64,000 nucleotides of DNA from the human T2T-CHM13v2.0 reference genome, Homo sapiens: contig CP086569.2 of NCBI GenBank assembly GCA_009914755.4, positions 21,600,001 through 21,664,000 of the forward strand, given 5' to 3'. The position numbers and the translations under genes were made by a program. Below are positions 1 through 13,365 of the stretch, one piece after another (position 1 is the stretch's first letter; the number at the start of each line of letters is the position of its first letter). Under the pieces are notes generated by a model. It searched no databases. It had not been told where the DNA came from and saw nothing but the letters and a program-made list of their open reading frames with translations.

Positions 1-1022
1 GAAAGAGGGGAAAAAAAAATGAAGAAGACACTGGTCCCTTTAGTGAACCAGGTAGTTGCAGTTAGGCACTTCCACATGGAAACCCCTTCATTTTCACTGA
101 CCACAGCCAGGAACCTACAGTTGCTTTAATGTTTAGGCACTGCCCAACAAGAGTCCCGAGTTGGAAAGTAAATGAAAAAGAGAGAGATTCCCCTGTATGG
201 AGCAGAAAGGAAAGAGAAAAATGAATCCCAAACTTTGGGTCTAGCTTTTCCTGAATTTTCTCCAGGCTGGCTCACCTAAATATGTTATTGGTGGAGGTTG
301 TCCAGGTTCTTGGCATCTTGAACAAAGAACTGGATAAAATGCACAAACGAAGCAAGGAAGGAATGAAGGGATTTATTGAAAATGAAGGTGCACTCTACAG
401 TGTGTGAGCAGGCCTAAGCACAGGAGCTCAAAGGCCCTGTTACAGAATTTTTGGGAGTTGAAGAGTTTAAATAGTCCCTAGAGTATTCTATTGGTTACTT
501 GGTGTATGCTCTATGTAAATGGAAAGGATGAGGTATAGATACAAAGTCATTTACTCGGCATACGGCCTATGGAGAGGAAATTTCCTGTCATAGCTGAAGT
601 GTGAATTGGCCTTATGTTTCCTGTCTCCAGATCCTATTTTTCTGCCTCAAAAGGAGAACATATATTTGAGGCTAGGCAGATCTTAGGTGTCAGGGTGCTG
701 TGACTCCATTTTCCTCTGCTCATTGCCTTCCTCCTCTCCGTTGTTGAGAAGCTTTCATAGCTTCCTTTCCTCGGCACTCCAGATTCCAGCAGTCTGAGGG
801 CCAACAAAAGACAGTCCCATTTGTCACAGTGGTTTCTAGGCATTAAAAAGACAGGTCAGGGGTGGTGGCTTACATTTGTAATCCCCATACTTTGAGAGGC
901 CAAGGTGGGAGGATAGCTTTCAGGAGGAAGGGGGTATGGAAGCGTCTTGTCCAATCAGTCACCATTGCCCACTCCATGGCCAGAATCAGGGCCAAGAGTG
1001 GCTGAGGAGGTGATGTGGCTAG

Positions 1023-1120
1023 TTCCTTTTTTTTTTTTTTTGAGACAGAGTCTTGCTCTGTTGCCCAGGCTGGAGTGCAGTGGTGTGGTCTTGGCTCACT
1101 GCAAGCTCCATGCAGCTAGT
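1023..1120 (-). mobile_element. Alu fragment (right arm plus tail, reverse orientation).
   Basis: 'tttttttttttttgagacagagtcttgctctgttgcccaggctggagtgcagtggtgtg'. Confidence 0.8.
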
Positions 1121-1282
1121 TCCTTACATAGGTTGTATTGTTTTCCTTATTTCGAATATTGTCTTATAATCAGAAATCATTTGGGGTGATGTTTCATTTA
1201 GTTATTCTTCAGCTGAAATATGAGCTTTTCAATTCTTCAATTCTTCCTTGTTTCCGAGGTCTTCAAGTTTAGATCACTTTGC

Positions 1283-1598
1283 AGGGACACGGATGAAGCT
1301 GGAAACCATCATTCTCAGCAAACTAACACAAGAACAGAAAACCAAACACTGCATGTTATCACTCATAAACAGGAGTTGAACAATGAGAGCACATGGATAC
1401 AGGGAGGGGAACACAATGGGGCGTGTCAGGGAGTTGGGGGCTAGGGGAGGGATAGCACTAGCAGAAATACCTAAAGCAAATGACGGGTTGATGGGTGCTG
1501 CAAACCACCGTGGCATATATATACCTCTGTAACAAACCTGCACATTCTGCACATGTACCCCGGAACTTAAAGTATTAAAAAAAAAGTTTGCGTATGTA
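1283..1598 (+). mobile_element. L1 3'-terminal fragment (end of ORF2, 3'UTR and A-tail).
   Basis: 'ggatgaagctggaaaccatcattctcagcaaactaacacaagaacagaaaaccaaacac...ctgcacattctgcacatgtaccccggaacttaaagtattaaaaaaaaag' matches the L1 3' end. Confidence 0.8.
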
Positions 1599-2471
1599 CC
1601 AGACACTACCACAAGGCACATTGAGTTTCAGGTGATTTGTATATTTGACATGCTTCACAAGTAAAGAACTTCCTCCTATATTTTTAAACACGTGTGGAAA
1701 GTTTTTTGTGGTAGATGGAAATCACAGAATCAAAAACAAAACAAAACAAAAGAACATGAATCAGAACGAAATAATGTTGTTAACTATTTTATTAAATCCC
1801 CTGGACAGATGGACTTGGAATCCAGGCCTAAATGGTGTGGGCATCTCATTTGGGCTCGGCTTCTGAAGTGTTACCCTCCCATATAATGGATGGTCATTTG
1901 CAGAGATTTTGCACACTTGCCATAGCACCTGGGCAGGCCTTCTCCAGTAGAGCACTCAGTATTTGGGGCTGCGTGATTCTCTGTAGTGGGGCCATCCTGG
2001 GCACTGCAGGGTGTTGAGCCTCATCCCCGGGCTCCACTCACCAGATGCCAGGACCACACATCCTCTCTTAGTTGCGACAACCAATAGTGTCTCCAGACAT
2101 TGCATAATATCCCCCAAGGAGGCACAGTCACACCCCTGTTGAGAATCACTGCATCAGGGATAACACATTTTGTCAAGAATAAATGGCCTTTTTGTCCTGA
2201 ATGCCGCAGCTGGGTTTGATACTCAGAACAGCGGTCACACCTAGTTCTTAACAACAGTTCGCCATGTTCTTCGCCGTTTGCCCACCATGGAATCATTCAC
2301 CCCAGGCTCCCCGGCTCCGGGTCCCTGTTGCTTCCGCCGCGGCCCCCTGGCTGCTGGGAGCCAGCTGTTTATGCTCCACTTCCCGGAGCCCTTCCTGCCC
2401 AGAAAGTAGAGACTGTTCCCAGAACGCTCACCCGCGAGAGTTGATGGCTGTCCCTTGGGTTGCTTCCCCTG

Positions 2472-2722
2472 GATGGTGGTGTTCGACAGCCGACCCATAG
2501 AGTCCCTGTCCCTGACAGACGCCGTGACTCCTGACGTGGTGCAGACGCAGCAGCAGAAGTTCGGAGAGAAGCTCTCTCAGCAACAAGCCAGTGCAGCAGC
2601 CGCAGAGGCAGCAGCCATGGCAAAGGTGGCAACCATGACACCAGATGCCCTTTCCCAGCAAAATCCACCAAAGAATGGAGAGGCAACAGTAAATGGGGAA
2701 GAGAAAGGAGCACATGCAATCA
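2472..2722 (+). pseudogene. TBL1Y: TBL1Y-like pseudo-exon A (DGTVFD...GAHAI). Acceptor reads CTG instead of CAG after a good polypyrimidine tract. There is a 2-bp deletion near the 5' end ('gatggtggtgttcgac' vs expected 'gatggcacagtgttcgac'). Donor is a|gtgagt.
   Basis: Long unambiguous alignment to the TBL1 linker region. GTGAGT donor at 2723. Confidence 0.8.
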
Positions 2723-3283
2723 GTGAGTGTGCAGGCTCTTGAAGTTCGTTGGGCTTCTCTGTGTTGATTCTTTTCTTCTAAATCTCGGCCAATCCGAATG
2801 CCTTCTTAAAGTCTGCTATCAGCGTCTTCGAAACTGCTCTCTAGTGTTTGCTTAAGATCAAGCCGGAAAAGCTTCCCCTTCCATTTTTTCAATCACAACC
2901 CTTCAACCTGCCCCTCTTTATTCTCATCTTCAACTTTAGGAAATCGCGTGCACTGCTAATCTGGGAACACTCCTATAACGCATGGTTATTGCCCATCATA
3001 AACAAAAGGGTTTAATTCGTGGACACGTTTGGTCTCAGCCTCTCGCCTTCCATGTTGAGTGTTTTTGGCCAAATTGTGGTATAATCGTTGAGCTCACGGT
3101 TTCTGCCGACTGCACTGGGCCCCAAACACTGGACATCAGGTTATTTAGTCTTTGCAAAATCCGAGAACATCATTCCCTGTTAGGTGATTGCCAGAGAGTA
3201 CATGGCAAGTCAGTCAGTGAGTCTGAACTTCTATCCAGAGAACCTGCTCCACTTGTACATACTACTCCTCTATAAACCTGTAG

Positions 3284-3685
<402 letters not shown>

Positions 3686-4130
3686 TAAGGCCTGAGATCA
3701 AAGTGAGGGCAGAGATGGTTTTTTTCTTAGGTCTCTCTCCTTGGCTTGTAGATGCTGTCTTCTCCCCGTTTCCACACATGGTCGTACCTCTGTAGGTGTC
3801 TGTGTCCTAATCCCCTCTTTTCATGAGAACAGCAGTCGCGTTGGGTTAGGGTCGACTGTAGTGACCTCATTTTACACTGCTTAACCTTTGTGAAGTCCCT
3901 GTCTCCAAATATAGCCTTATTCTGAGATCCTAGAAATTGGGGCTTCAAGATACAAATTTTATGGGGACACAGTTTAACCCATAACAGTCGCGATAGGTAA
4001 TGTGAAAACATGTGGAGTGCCACTCACACTATTTATGCAGAAACAGCTGGTGGCTAGATTTCATCCATGAGCTATAATTTGCTGGCCTCAATTACAAAGA
4101 GTAAATAATTGTTTTCCTGGGGAGCATTTA

Positions 4131-4407
4131 GAGACAGGGTATTGCTCTGTCCCCTAGGCTGGGTGCAGTGGTGTAATTATGCCTCACTCTAACCTCTACA
4201 TACTGGGCTTAATCAATCCTCCCGTGTCAGTGTCTTGAGTAGCTGGGACCATAGGCATGTGCCACTGTGTCTGGCTAATTTTTCAATTTTTTGTAAAAAT
4301 GGGGTTTGCCAAGTTGCCTGTGCTGGCATTGAACTACTGGCCTCAAGCAATTCACCATCCTTTGCCTCCCAAAGCACTGGGATTACAGGTGTAAGTTACC
4401 ACACTTG
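4131..4407 (-). mobile_element. Old (AluJ-like, diverged) Alu in reverse orientation.
   Basis: 'gagacagggtattgctctgtcccctaggctgggtgcagtggtg...cactgggattacaggtgtaag'. Confidence 0.8.
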
Positions 4408-4625
4408 GTCAAAATAACTTTTTGTTTTTTGGTGAAGTTTAGAGACTGTGAAATTATAAAGAAATCTGATATATTTTCTAAATTGCACAAAAGCCACAAT
4501 TTAGTTAGACTCATTAGAAGTAGTATTACTTAGTACATAAAAACAAGATATTTCTGGAAACAAAAGTGCCCTTTAAATGCCTTCCTCTTGTATTGCCACA
4601 TGTCTCTTTATGTCTCCTGTGACGG

Positions 4626-4756
4626 ATAATCACTGAAAGCCAATGGAAATAGATGGGTATGTTGAGATTCCTCCCAACAAAGCCACAGTCCTTTGGGCCC
4701 ATGAGTCTGAGGTGTTCACTTGTGCCTGGAACTGTCAGTGATTTGCTAGCTTCCAA
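4626..4756 (+). pseudogene. TBL1Y: TBL1Y-like pseudo-exon B (NHSKPMEIDG..HESEVFICAWNPVSDLLAS). Acceptor AG->GG at 4624-4625. In-frame TCA->TGA nonsense at 4634-4636 ('NH*KPMEIDG'). 2-bp deletion in 'AWNPVSD' ('tggaac--tgtcagtgat'). Donor gtaagg at 4757.
   Basis: Translation '[34 protein letters not shown]', then a frameshift. Confidence 0.8.
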
Positions 4757-5147
4757 GTAAGGAAGTCAGGATTGGGGCACTCCAGGGTCAGGGAGATGCA
4801 AGCTGCTTGCCCTTCTCTGGAGTTCTGCCTTAAGGAACATGCACTCCCCTTCTTATCCCAGTTTGGATGGACCCAGAAATGGGTGACTCTATGAGCCACT
4901 TCTCTATGGGTCTCATATTGTGCAGAAGCCATAGTTCAAGTCCTTTTCTCTGTGGGGTGAAGAGTAACACAAGGCAGTTAAAATTACCAAATGCAAAGAT
5001 GGCAAGGACAGAAACAGGCATCCAACGGTATGAAAAAAGGCAGAAGAGCACATGCGGACAATGTCACCTGGCCAGAGAGCAAGCTGTGGTGAGCTTTTCA
5101 TCCCATTTCAACCAAACGCCAGAGCCTCCTGTGTTTTTATTCTGCAG

Positions 5148-5295
5148 ATCTGAAGACTCAACTGCAAAGATATGGAACCTGAATGAGAATGGCAACAGGG
5201 CCTCCACCCAGCTTATGTTAAGGCACCGTATACCAGAAGGGGCCATGACATCCCAAGTAACAAAGATGTCAGATGTCATTTCACTGGACTGGAAC
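5148..5295 (+). pseudogene. TBL1Y: TBL1Y-like pseudo-exon C (SGDSTARIWNL...DVTSLDWN). It carries compensating -1 and +7 indels that replace ~11 aa with 13 aa but keep the frame open.
   Basis: Acceptor ttctgcag|, donor aac|gtaagc. Translation '[48 protein letters not shown]'. Confidence 0.8.
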
Positions 5296-5993
5296 GTAAG
5301 CATCTTCCACCCCCTGGGCACTTTGAAATTGGTAAAATCTGCCAGCCAGGCATGGGTTGCAGTGATGGAATGTGTGCAGACATAGGAGACAGGTGGTCCT
5401 ATGTACTTAGGCCCAACCTGGGGGGCTAGCCACAGAGGTGGTCTTGGCTTCTAAGAGCTCTTAATAAGGCCACGTCAGGCAGACAGTGAGCTGGTTGTTT
5501 GGTAGCCATATCTTTGCATCGTGAACATGTCTTAGCAAAATGAGCCTCTGGTCTCATGGTGGGGAAATAGGCTGGGAGCTATGAGGTATTTCTCCTGGGG
5601 AGACATGAGGTGCAGCCTAGGAAAGGTGCCTCTTCACCTTAGGATTTCAGCAACAAGTGTCATGTGCATTGACACATGGGATGCACACAGTTCCACTGCT
5701 TTTTATTTTCTGCAAAGCGTCATGATAACTTTCATCATGGTGTTTTTAGTTCCGTCACTCATTAGAGAACACAAAGTGGTGAATGGTTCCATTGTGTTTT
5801 CATTGCTCCCTTGTCTCCTTGGTCTTCATGCCGCATATTTGATTTAAGAGCAGGGTGTGCTAACATTGCATGGCACCAACTATTGCCTGAAGAACCCTCT
5901 GGACTTGGGATCCTGAGAGAGGCTCTCTGAGCTTTTTTGGTGCTCCCACTCCTAAGCTGTTTTTGTGAGTTTGTATCTCTTTCTGGCCCTCAG

Positions 5994-6057
5994 AGTGATG
6001 GAACACTATTGGCTACGGGTTCATATGATGGTTTCGCAAGAATATGGACAGAAAATG
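5994..6057 (+). pseudogene. TBL1Y: TBL1Y-like exon D ([22 protein letters not shown]), apparently undamaged.
   Basis: ccctcag| acceptor at 5991-5993. Donor g|gtaagt at 6058. Confidence 0.85.
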
Positions 6058-6166
6058 GTAAGTCCTGCACCCCTCCTGCATGGGTCAGGTAAGAGGAGCT
6101 GCCATACATAACCCTTGATTGAACAGACCATGACAACAGAACCAACATGTTTGTTTTTATTAACAG

Positions 6167-6265
6167 GTAACCTGACCAGCACCTCAGGCCAACATAAAGG
6201 CCCTATCTTTGCCCTGAAATGGAGCAAAAAAAGGGAATTATATTTTGAGTACTGGTGTGGACAAA
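6167..6265 (+). pseudogene. TBL1Y: TBL1Y-like pseudo-exon E ([32 protein letters not shown]) with a +1 A insertion in the A6->A7 run, which is a frameshift.
   Basis: Acceptor ttaacag| at 6164-6166. Donor aaa|gtgagt at 6266. Translation '[22 protein letters not shown]' then out of frame. Confidence 0.8.
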
Positions 6266-6309
6266 GTGAGTATTAGCTTAAAATATGCCCCTTTGGCCTG
6301 TAGGTGCTT

Positions 6310-6996
<687 letters not shown>

Positions 6997-7485
6997 AATT
7001 TTTTTAGATCTAAAAATCATGTCTTTTTGGAACTTTTAGGTTTTGTGCTTCCCCTTAAGAAATGGAAAGGGTTGGTTTAGGCTTTGTTTTTATGAGTTTG
7101 ATCTTTTTGTTGATTTGTAGCACATAATCTCTTAATATATTCTGCTGTTCTCTAGACCCTTGTGCAGTTTCCTTTTATGGGAGGTACATGGTTCAGTGAT
7201 TGATAGAGAGAAGAAAATATCCACATTGCATCTGTCAGTTGCTGGAAGGAGCCATGTGATGTGGGGAGTGCACTGCCTAAACTTTCACCCACTGAGGAAC
7301 TTGAGTAGCACAGGCTGTGAGTGTTTCTCAGGCTTCAGTTGTCCTAATTTGATTAACTGCTACTTCCCATTGTAGACGATAGATTTCTCTGAGCAGGAGT
7401 CAGCCTTCCTGGAAGAGTTATGCATTCCCAAGACTCACCAGGAATTCTAAGCCATGGCTTTGGGAAAGAAGCATTATCTAGAATT

Positions 7486-7513
7486 GAAAAAAAAAAAAAA
7501 AAAAAAAAAAAAA
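7486..7513. repeat. Poly(A) run (~28 nt).
   Basis: Direct reading. Confidence 0.9.
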
Positions 7514-9310
7514 ACTTACATGTTTTTACATCAACTTTTGTTTCTACAACTGGAAACCATTCCTGAATAACGGATGATGCTCAGGCTTTTATGAGACTTT
7601 GCATTTTGTGATAATGTCAGGATAACTTGAAAATCTTAAGTCACAGGTTTCTGTTGAAAGTTACTATAAAATGATAGACTTGACCTTTATACATTATCCT
7701 ACTCTTAGAGAAGTCATAATTGCATTTGGCAAACTGTGGCACACACAGGACAAGTCTGGCACCTCATCTGTTCTTTTTTTAATAAAGTTTTATTGGCACA
7801 CAGTCACATTCCTTTGTTGGGACTTGTCCACGGTTGTTTTCATGCTGCAACAGCAGAGATGAGCAGCTGTAAGGGAGAAGACATGGTCTTCGAAACCTGC
7901 AATTCCTACTACATGGCCCTTGACAGAAAAAGCTTTCTGACCCCTAGAGTAGGATATAACTAGGTCAAGAAATCATTCATTCATAAGATATCTCACTCTC
8001 TTTTATGTCAAGAAACCCTTCATTCAGACTTGGTAGCCTAGTGTATATTTTAAAAGCTGAGTTGTGGTTGATGCACTAAACATTCCCATTTAGCTACTAT
8101 CAGATTTTTGTCAAGATGTTTTAATTTCAAGTAATGTACATACAAAGCAGTTTGCTGTGCATTCAGTAGGCTCTCAGTAATTGCTGCTTGAGTTATTAAA
8201 AATAACTCATGAAATTGACAGCACTTTTCTTTATCAAGCACTTCACTGTTGTGTTAACTCATCCAGTACTACCCAGATAGGAGACAGGCACAAGTATGAT
8301 GAGTTTGTATATTCTCTGCAGTATTAGATTAGCTTTGGCATGGCTAAATAAAGTAGAGTTATATACTAACATCTAAAGAAATGTTAATAGGCCAAGGGCT
8401 GACCCAAAACCCATGATTACCAAGTTTCAAAGACACTTCTCAGTTTCTTCTAAAAATGCCCACAGTCAACAAACAATAGAATTCATTCTTCTTAAAGAAA
8501 AATCTTGACAGAGAAGTGTAGTTCCCAATTTTGTTGAAAATTCCAGCTGATGAACACAAAATTCCAATGCTATTCATTGAAGTCCTTCTCTAAATAATCT
8601 TCCCTACATCAGTATAAGTTCATAAGAACTAATATGGTCTACATTGCTTTTCTCCTTACTGATAGGCCTATACATTGATGCCTGGTCCCAGTGCATGCCA
8701 GTGACTCTGCCCCCATTTTTACTGCCCCCAGTTCATAGAGTCACAGGCAGAGGCATTTTGAGAAATGGCTTTTTTTTTGCAGCCTTGAACTTGGAAAAAT
8801 TCCAAAAAATCTTTAGAGATGCTTTGTTCTAGGTTTTTTAACAGTTTTCTGCATTTGGGGATGAGGAAGAATTTTGGCAGTTTTTGCAAGTGTTGGTTAG
8901 GCATGCTCTGATCTTAAAACTGACACCAGCATCTCTGGCTGATGGGCTCATCAAATGTGGCTATCCAGATTTCTAAGTATAAAACATGCTGTACTTCAAA
9001 GACTGAGGATGGGAAGAAAAGAAAGCAGATAGTGCAGTAAGATTTTGATAATGCTTACATGTTGAGATGGTATCCTTTAGGGAATATGGGAGTAAAATAA
9101 AAGATTGTTAATGAATCTTACATTTTTTTTTTAATTTTTAATGTGGATCCTAGAGAATTAAAACTAGTCCATGAGGCTTGCTTTCTATCTGCATCGGATA
9201 GTGCTGATTTATAAGGAGAGAGGCTCACTGTCTTTTCTCGTAAGATACATGTTACTAGAGAAAACTTTGCAGGAGTAATTACTAACTTTCCCTTTGTTTG
9301 CAGAGCACAG

Positions 9311-9371
9311 ACAACAATAATTTGGGATGCTCACACAGGAGAAACCAAACAGCAGTTTCCTTTTCATTCAG
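9311..9371 (+). pseudogene. TBL1Y: TBL1Y-like exon F ([20 protein letters not shown]), intact.
   Basis: Acceptor agcacag| at 9308-9310. Donor g|gtgagt at 9372. Translation [20 protein letters not shown]. Confidence 0.85.
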
Positions 9372-9419
9372 GTGAGTTTTTATGTTTGCATTTTATAATT
9401 TGAAAATAATTCAAAACTA

Positions 9420-9832
9420 GGCTGGGTGTGGTGGCTCACACATACAATCCAAGCACTTTGGGAGGCTGAGACATGAGGTTCACTTGAGTCCAAGAGTTCA
9501 AGACCTGCCTGGGCAACATAGCAAGACCCTATCTCAACCAAAATTACAAGAAAAGAAAGGAAAAAAAAAAAGAAAAGAAAAGGAAAGAAAAGAAAAGGGA
9601 AAAGGAAATGGAAAGGGAGAGGAAGAGGAGGGGAGGGGAGAAGAGGGGAAGGGAGGGGAAGGGAGGGAGCAAGGCATGGTGACACACACCTGTAGTCCCA
9701 GCTACCCAGAAGGCTGACGTCAGCAGGAGGATTGCTTGAGCCCAGGTGATTGAGGTTGCAGTGAGCTATGATTGCACTACTGCACTCCAGCCTGGTTGAC
9801 AGAGGGAGATCTTGTCTCTAATAAATACAAAC
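9420..9832 (+). mobile_element. Alu (forward) whose A-rich middle linker has expanded into a ~115-bp purine (GAA/GGA/GGGA) tract at 9545-9660.
   Basis: Left arm 'ggctgggtgtggtggctcacacatacaatccaagcactttgggaggctgag', then 'aaaagaaaggaaaaaaaaaaagaaaagaaaaggaaagaaaag...gggaggggaagggaggggaagggaggg', then right arm 'gcatggtgacacacacctgtagtcccagctac...gcactccagcctgg'. Confidence 0.85.
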
Positions 9833-10449
9833 ACATAATAACAATAATTTAGACTTATATGAAATGCCCCTTAAAGTAAATGTGAATACACAGAACACAG
9901 AGCCCAGGGAGCCTATTTGGTCAGAAGGAGACCCATTTTGTGGCAAGCATTGCTCATAAGGTTTGCAAGATACAGATGACTTTGGCACTTGTCTACTCAC
10001 AACTCTCAAACACAGCAGTGAACCAGCCACAGAATCAGTGCAGCCCCCTTTCTTTTGTAATTCCAAGAGGGATGCTGCTTTGGGGGCTCCCCAAAACCAC
10101 ACCCAGGATTGCAACTTTGCTGCAAGGACTCCCAGGACTCAGCATATTCACAGCTAAGGTTCCTAATAGCACAATAATTTAGTGCAACATCAGTAAAGGG
10201 AAACAATACACATGGCCAAATCCAGAGCTTCAAAGGCTCCACTCCCAGTGGACTCTCACAGACCATGCTGAATTCTTCCAGAAATAAGTTGTAACTATAT
10301 CTGTGAAGTGTTTTCTAGCAGGCAAGCTCCATAGAGCCTCAGTGCCTAGGGTTTTTATTGGGAATTGGTTACATAGGCACCCATGGCCCAGCGCAAGCCA
10401 AAACTGCAGACCCTTGAAGGAGAGAGGGTGTGTGACATAAACTCACTAT

Positions 10450-10560
10450 TTGCACCAGTGTTGGCAGAGTGAGCTACTTGCCTCTGTTAGTCAAGGGCAG
10501 GAACTCTTCAGACACCTAAATTCTCAGTCACTAGCCAAGGACTGGCCTTGCAAGCAGGCC
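10450..10560 (+). pseudogene. TBL1Y: Possible heavily decayed remnant of the TBL1 exon encoding '[29 protein letters not shown]...'. Weak: '..CWQSELLASVSQG..' ~ '[14 protein letters not shown]'.
   Basis: It sits in the expected position between exons F and G. DNA similarity is only partial ('tggcagagtgagctacttgcctctgttagtcaagg' vs expected 'tggcagaataacaccacgtttgcctcctgtagcacgg'). Confidence 0.3.
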
Positions 10561-11639
10561 TTTGTACAAGAGCAACCTTAGGCCTATGGTGTTAGTTCCT
10601 TCTTGCACAGATGTGAGGCTGCTGCTCTGGACATAACCACATCCATTTGCATGTGGGGGCCAGTCCAGGCCACATGCAGCACCTGGAGTCTAGAATCTGC
10701 AGAGATTCTGATTTACCAGTTTCCTACGTGAGTCTGCATTTTCTTTCCCAAGTTTCTTATCTGTGTATCTCAGTTCTGTTGTTAGATGTGGCCTCTTACA
10801 TTAAAACAAAGACTGGTGGCCACCCCTAGAGCTAACAGACTATTGGAAGACTTTAGACTTGTTTAAAGTGAACAAAAGGGAGTAGGTGCCACTTCCCTTA
10901 TTGACAAATGCCTGATACATCTTGAGGGAATCAATCCCTCAATGTCTGGGAGAAAAGTTGATTATTATATCACTTGTCCTTGGAGCACTGTCCAGGAGGA
11001 GATCTAAGTGTCTTTCCTGTCGGACAGTTTGGAGTGCTTAAATGGTATTCTGAATGGGAGTGCTAACCTCAAAAACTGTCCAAGATGGTACAGCACAACT
11101 CAGTTCCTGGGGAGGGCTCCAAGCAGGGCACATGGGTCCTGCAGGAGACAAGACCATGAGCCAGAAGTCCTGTTAAGGCATAATGCATGGGCGTCCACGT
11201 CTGTCATTCCACATGGTACCACAGCAGGGACTCTTCCTCATATAGGCAGTGCAGAGAGTGAGGGAGACCCAGGGAAGACACTGTTTCTGCCCTGCTGCCC
11301 TGGAGAGGAAGAGAATCTCCTCTGTGGCCACTCCTGCACAGCTTGGGACCTTCATCAAACACACCTCTTAGGGCTGCCAGTGAAATTAGTTTTTGGTGTT
11401 GCTTTAATTGAACACCATTGATGAGGCAGAAGGTGCTAAGACAAATAGCTCCAAATGCAGGCAGTACATGGACTACCTCATTCAGGAAGTGTTTTTCACC
11501 CCAAAAGGGAAACTCTGAAGCTGCAGCAAACTGTGATCACACCACTGCACTTCAGCCTAGGCAATAGAGTGAGATCTCTTTAAGTTAATTTTTTAAAAAG
11601 GAAATTTGAGAACTAAGAAATATAATGTCAGCATTGAAA

Positions 11640-11955
11640 ATGTTAGTAGGTAGGTGTATTGGGCTGTTCTTGGATTACTATAAAGAAATACCTGAGACTG
11701 GATAATTTATAAGAGGTTTAATTGGTTCAAAGTCCTGAAGCTGTACAGAAAGCATCTGCTTCTGGGCATGCCTCAGAAAGCTTACAACAATGACAGAAGG
11801 TGAAAGGCAAGCAGGAGTCTCACATGGCTAAAGCAGGGGCAAGAGACATGAGGGATCTGCCTCCATAATCCAGACACCTCCCACCAGGGCCCACCTCCAG
11901 CACTGGGAATTATAATTCAACCTGAGATTTGGGTGGGGTAAAATATCCAACCACA
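11640..11955 (-). mobile_element. MaLR (THE1/MST-like) LTR, reverse orientation.
   Basis: 'ataaagaaatacctgagactggataatttataagaggtttaattgg...cctcccaccagggcccacctccagcactgggaattataattcaacctgagatttgggtgggg' is the reverse complement of the THE1-type LTR termini. Confidence 0.6.
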
Positions 11956-13044
11956 TCAGTGGGTTTAACAGCCTGGGACAATATCAGACAGCCTAAAAGA
12001 TATGTGCATAATGGGGAAAGAAGAAAGAATGAAGCAGAAAAATCATTTGAGGTAAAAATGACCAATTTGTTTCTATATTTGGTGGAAAACATCATCATTT
12101 AATTTGAGAAGTTCAGGAAATCCTAAGAGGAATAAATATAAAAAGAACCATACCTACCCACCTAGGCATGTGGTATAAAACATCAAAATCAATGACAAAA
12201 GAAATCCTAAAAGTAAGCAGAGGCTGAAAATGTTCCCACTATATACTGGGGAACAACAATATGAACAACAACAAACTTAACAAATTCTTCAGTATGGACT
12301 CTGAGGCTCTTTCTGGTCTTTCATCAAATCTCTCTCAAATTCTCCAATTTCTATGATCTCTACCTTACTTCTGCAATTGCCAGTATACTGTTAAACCATT
12401 TATTAGCCTTGACCTCCTGGGCTAGTGTCCAAAAATGCCCTGTGCCTCTGTCCTCCTAAAGGCAGGTGCAGCCAAGCACCTCAATCTGTGCTAAGATCTT
12501 CCTGGAACACTCCCTGACTTAGACTCTCACAGCAGCCCTCACTCTGACACATATGCTTCTCCACCCTCCAGGCCCATTTATGTGTCCTCTGCACACCCTG
12601 TGGAAGATTCATGGCACCTCCTGAGCTCCCACTGCCCTTGTGAATGCCACACACCTGATAGTGGCTGCTGGCCTGTATGCCTGCCTCTTCCAGAAAATAT
12701 AGAGCACATCAACAGTGAGCCCAGGAGGGCTCACGGTGTCTCAACTTTTTCTCACCAGCGACTAGAATATCTTTCCATGGTTGGTGTAGTCCCCTGTTAA
12801 AGCAGGAAAGGATGATCACAGTCCCTGTAGATTTGTCATCATGCCAGTAACTTAAATGATGTAAATTCTTTTGTCCTCATTCCCCTACTGCCCACCTCTC
12901 CCTGCCCCTGTCCCAAGGGTCCCCACCCCAAAGGAAGGCACTTTTAGAGTACAGGAACATATTGTCCTGTTAATATCTCCTTGCTCCAAAGTGACTCTCT
13001 TTTACTGGTCTAAACTTATCTCCCCTAACCCTGGACTAGTCTCA

Positions 13045-13365
13045 GTTTTTATTTTTGTTTTTGTTTGTTTGTTTGCTTTGGGATGGAGTCTCACTTTGTT
13101 GGCCAGGCTGGAGTGCAGTGGCATGATCTTGGCTCACTGACTGCAAGCTCTGCATCCCAGATTCACGCCATTCTCCTGCCTCAGCCTCCCAAGTAGCTGG
13201 GACTATAGGTGCCCACCACCACACCCGGCTAATTTTTTTGTACTTTTAGTAGAGACGGGTTTTCACCGTGTTAGCCAGGATGGTCTCAGTCTCCTGGCCT
13301 CATTATCTGCCCACCTCAGCCCCCCAAAGTGCTGGGATTACAGGCATGAGCCACTGCACCCAGCC
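13045..13365 (-). mobile_element. Full-length Alu (reverse) with a (TTTG)n-type tail.
   Basis: 'tttttgtttttgtttgtttgtttgctttgggatggagtctcactttgttggccaggctggagtgcagtggcatg...gggattacaggcatgagccactgcacccagcc'. Confidence 0.9.

Noticed and set aside
2264-2471. CpG/GC-rich block with a Kozak-like 'gcccaccATGg' directly abutting the 5' edge of TBL1 homology. I considered a rearrangement breakpoint or a captured promoter.
   Set aside because: The last ~25 nt form a good polypyrimidine tract ending in CTG where a CAG acceptor is expected. The homology edge is therefore simply an exon boundary with a mutated splice site, and the upstream exons would lie beyond the window.
4867-5385. 172-aa ORF overlapping TBL1 pseudo-exon C.
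   Set aside because: It is a read-through of intron sequence into the exon C frame and is not a gene. Only the 5148-5295 part is TBL1-homologous.
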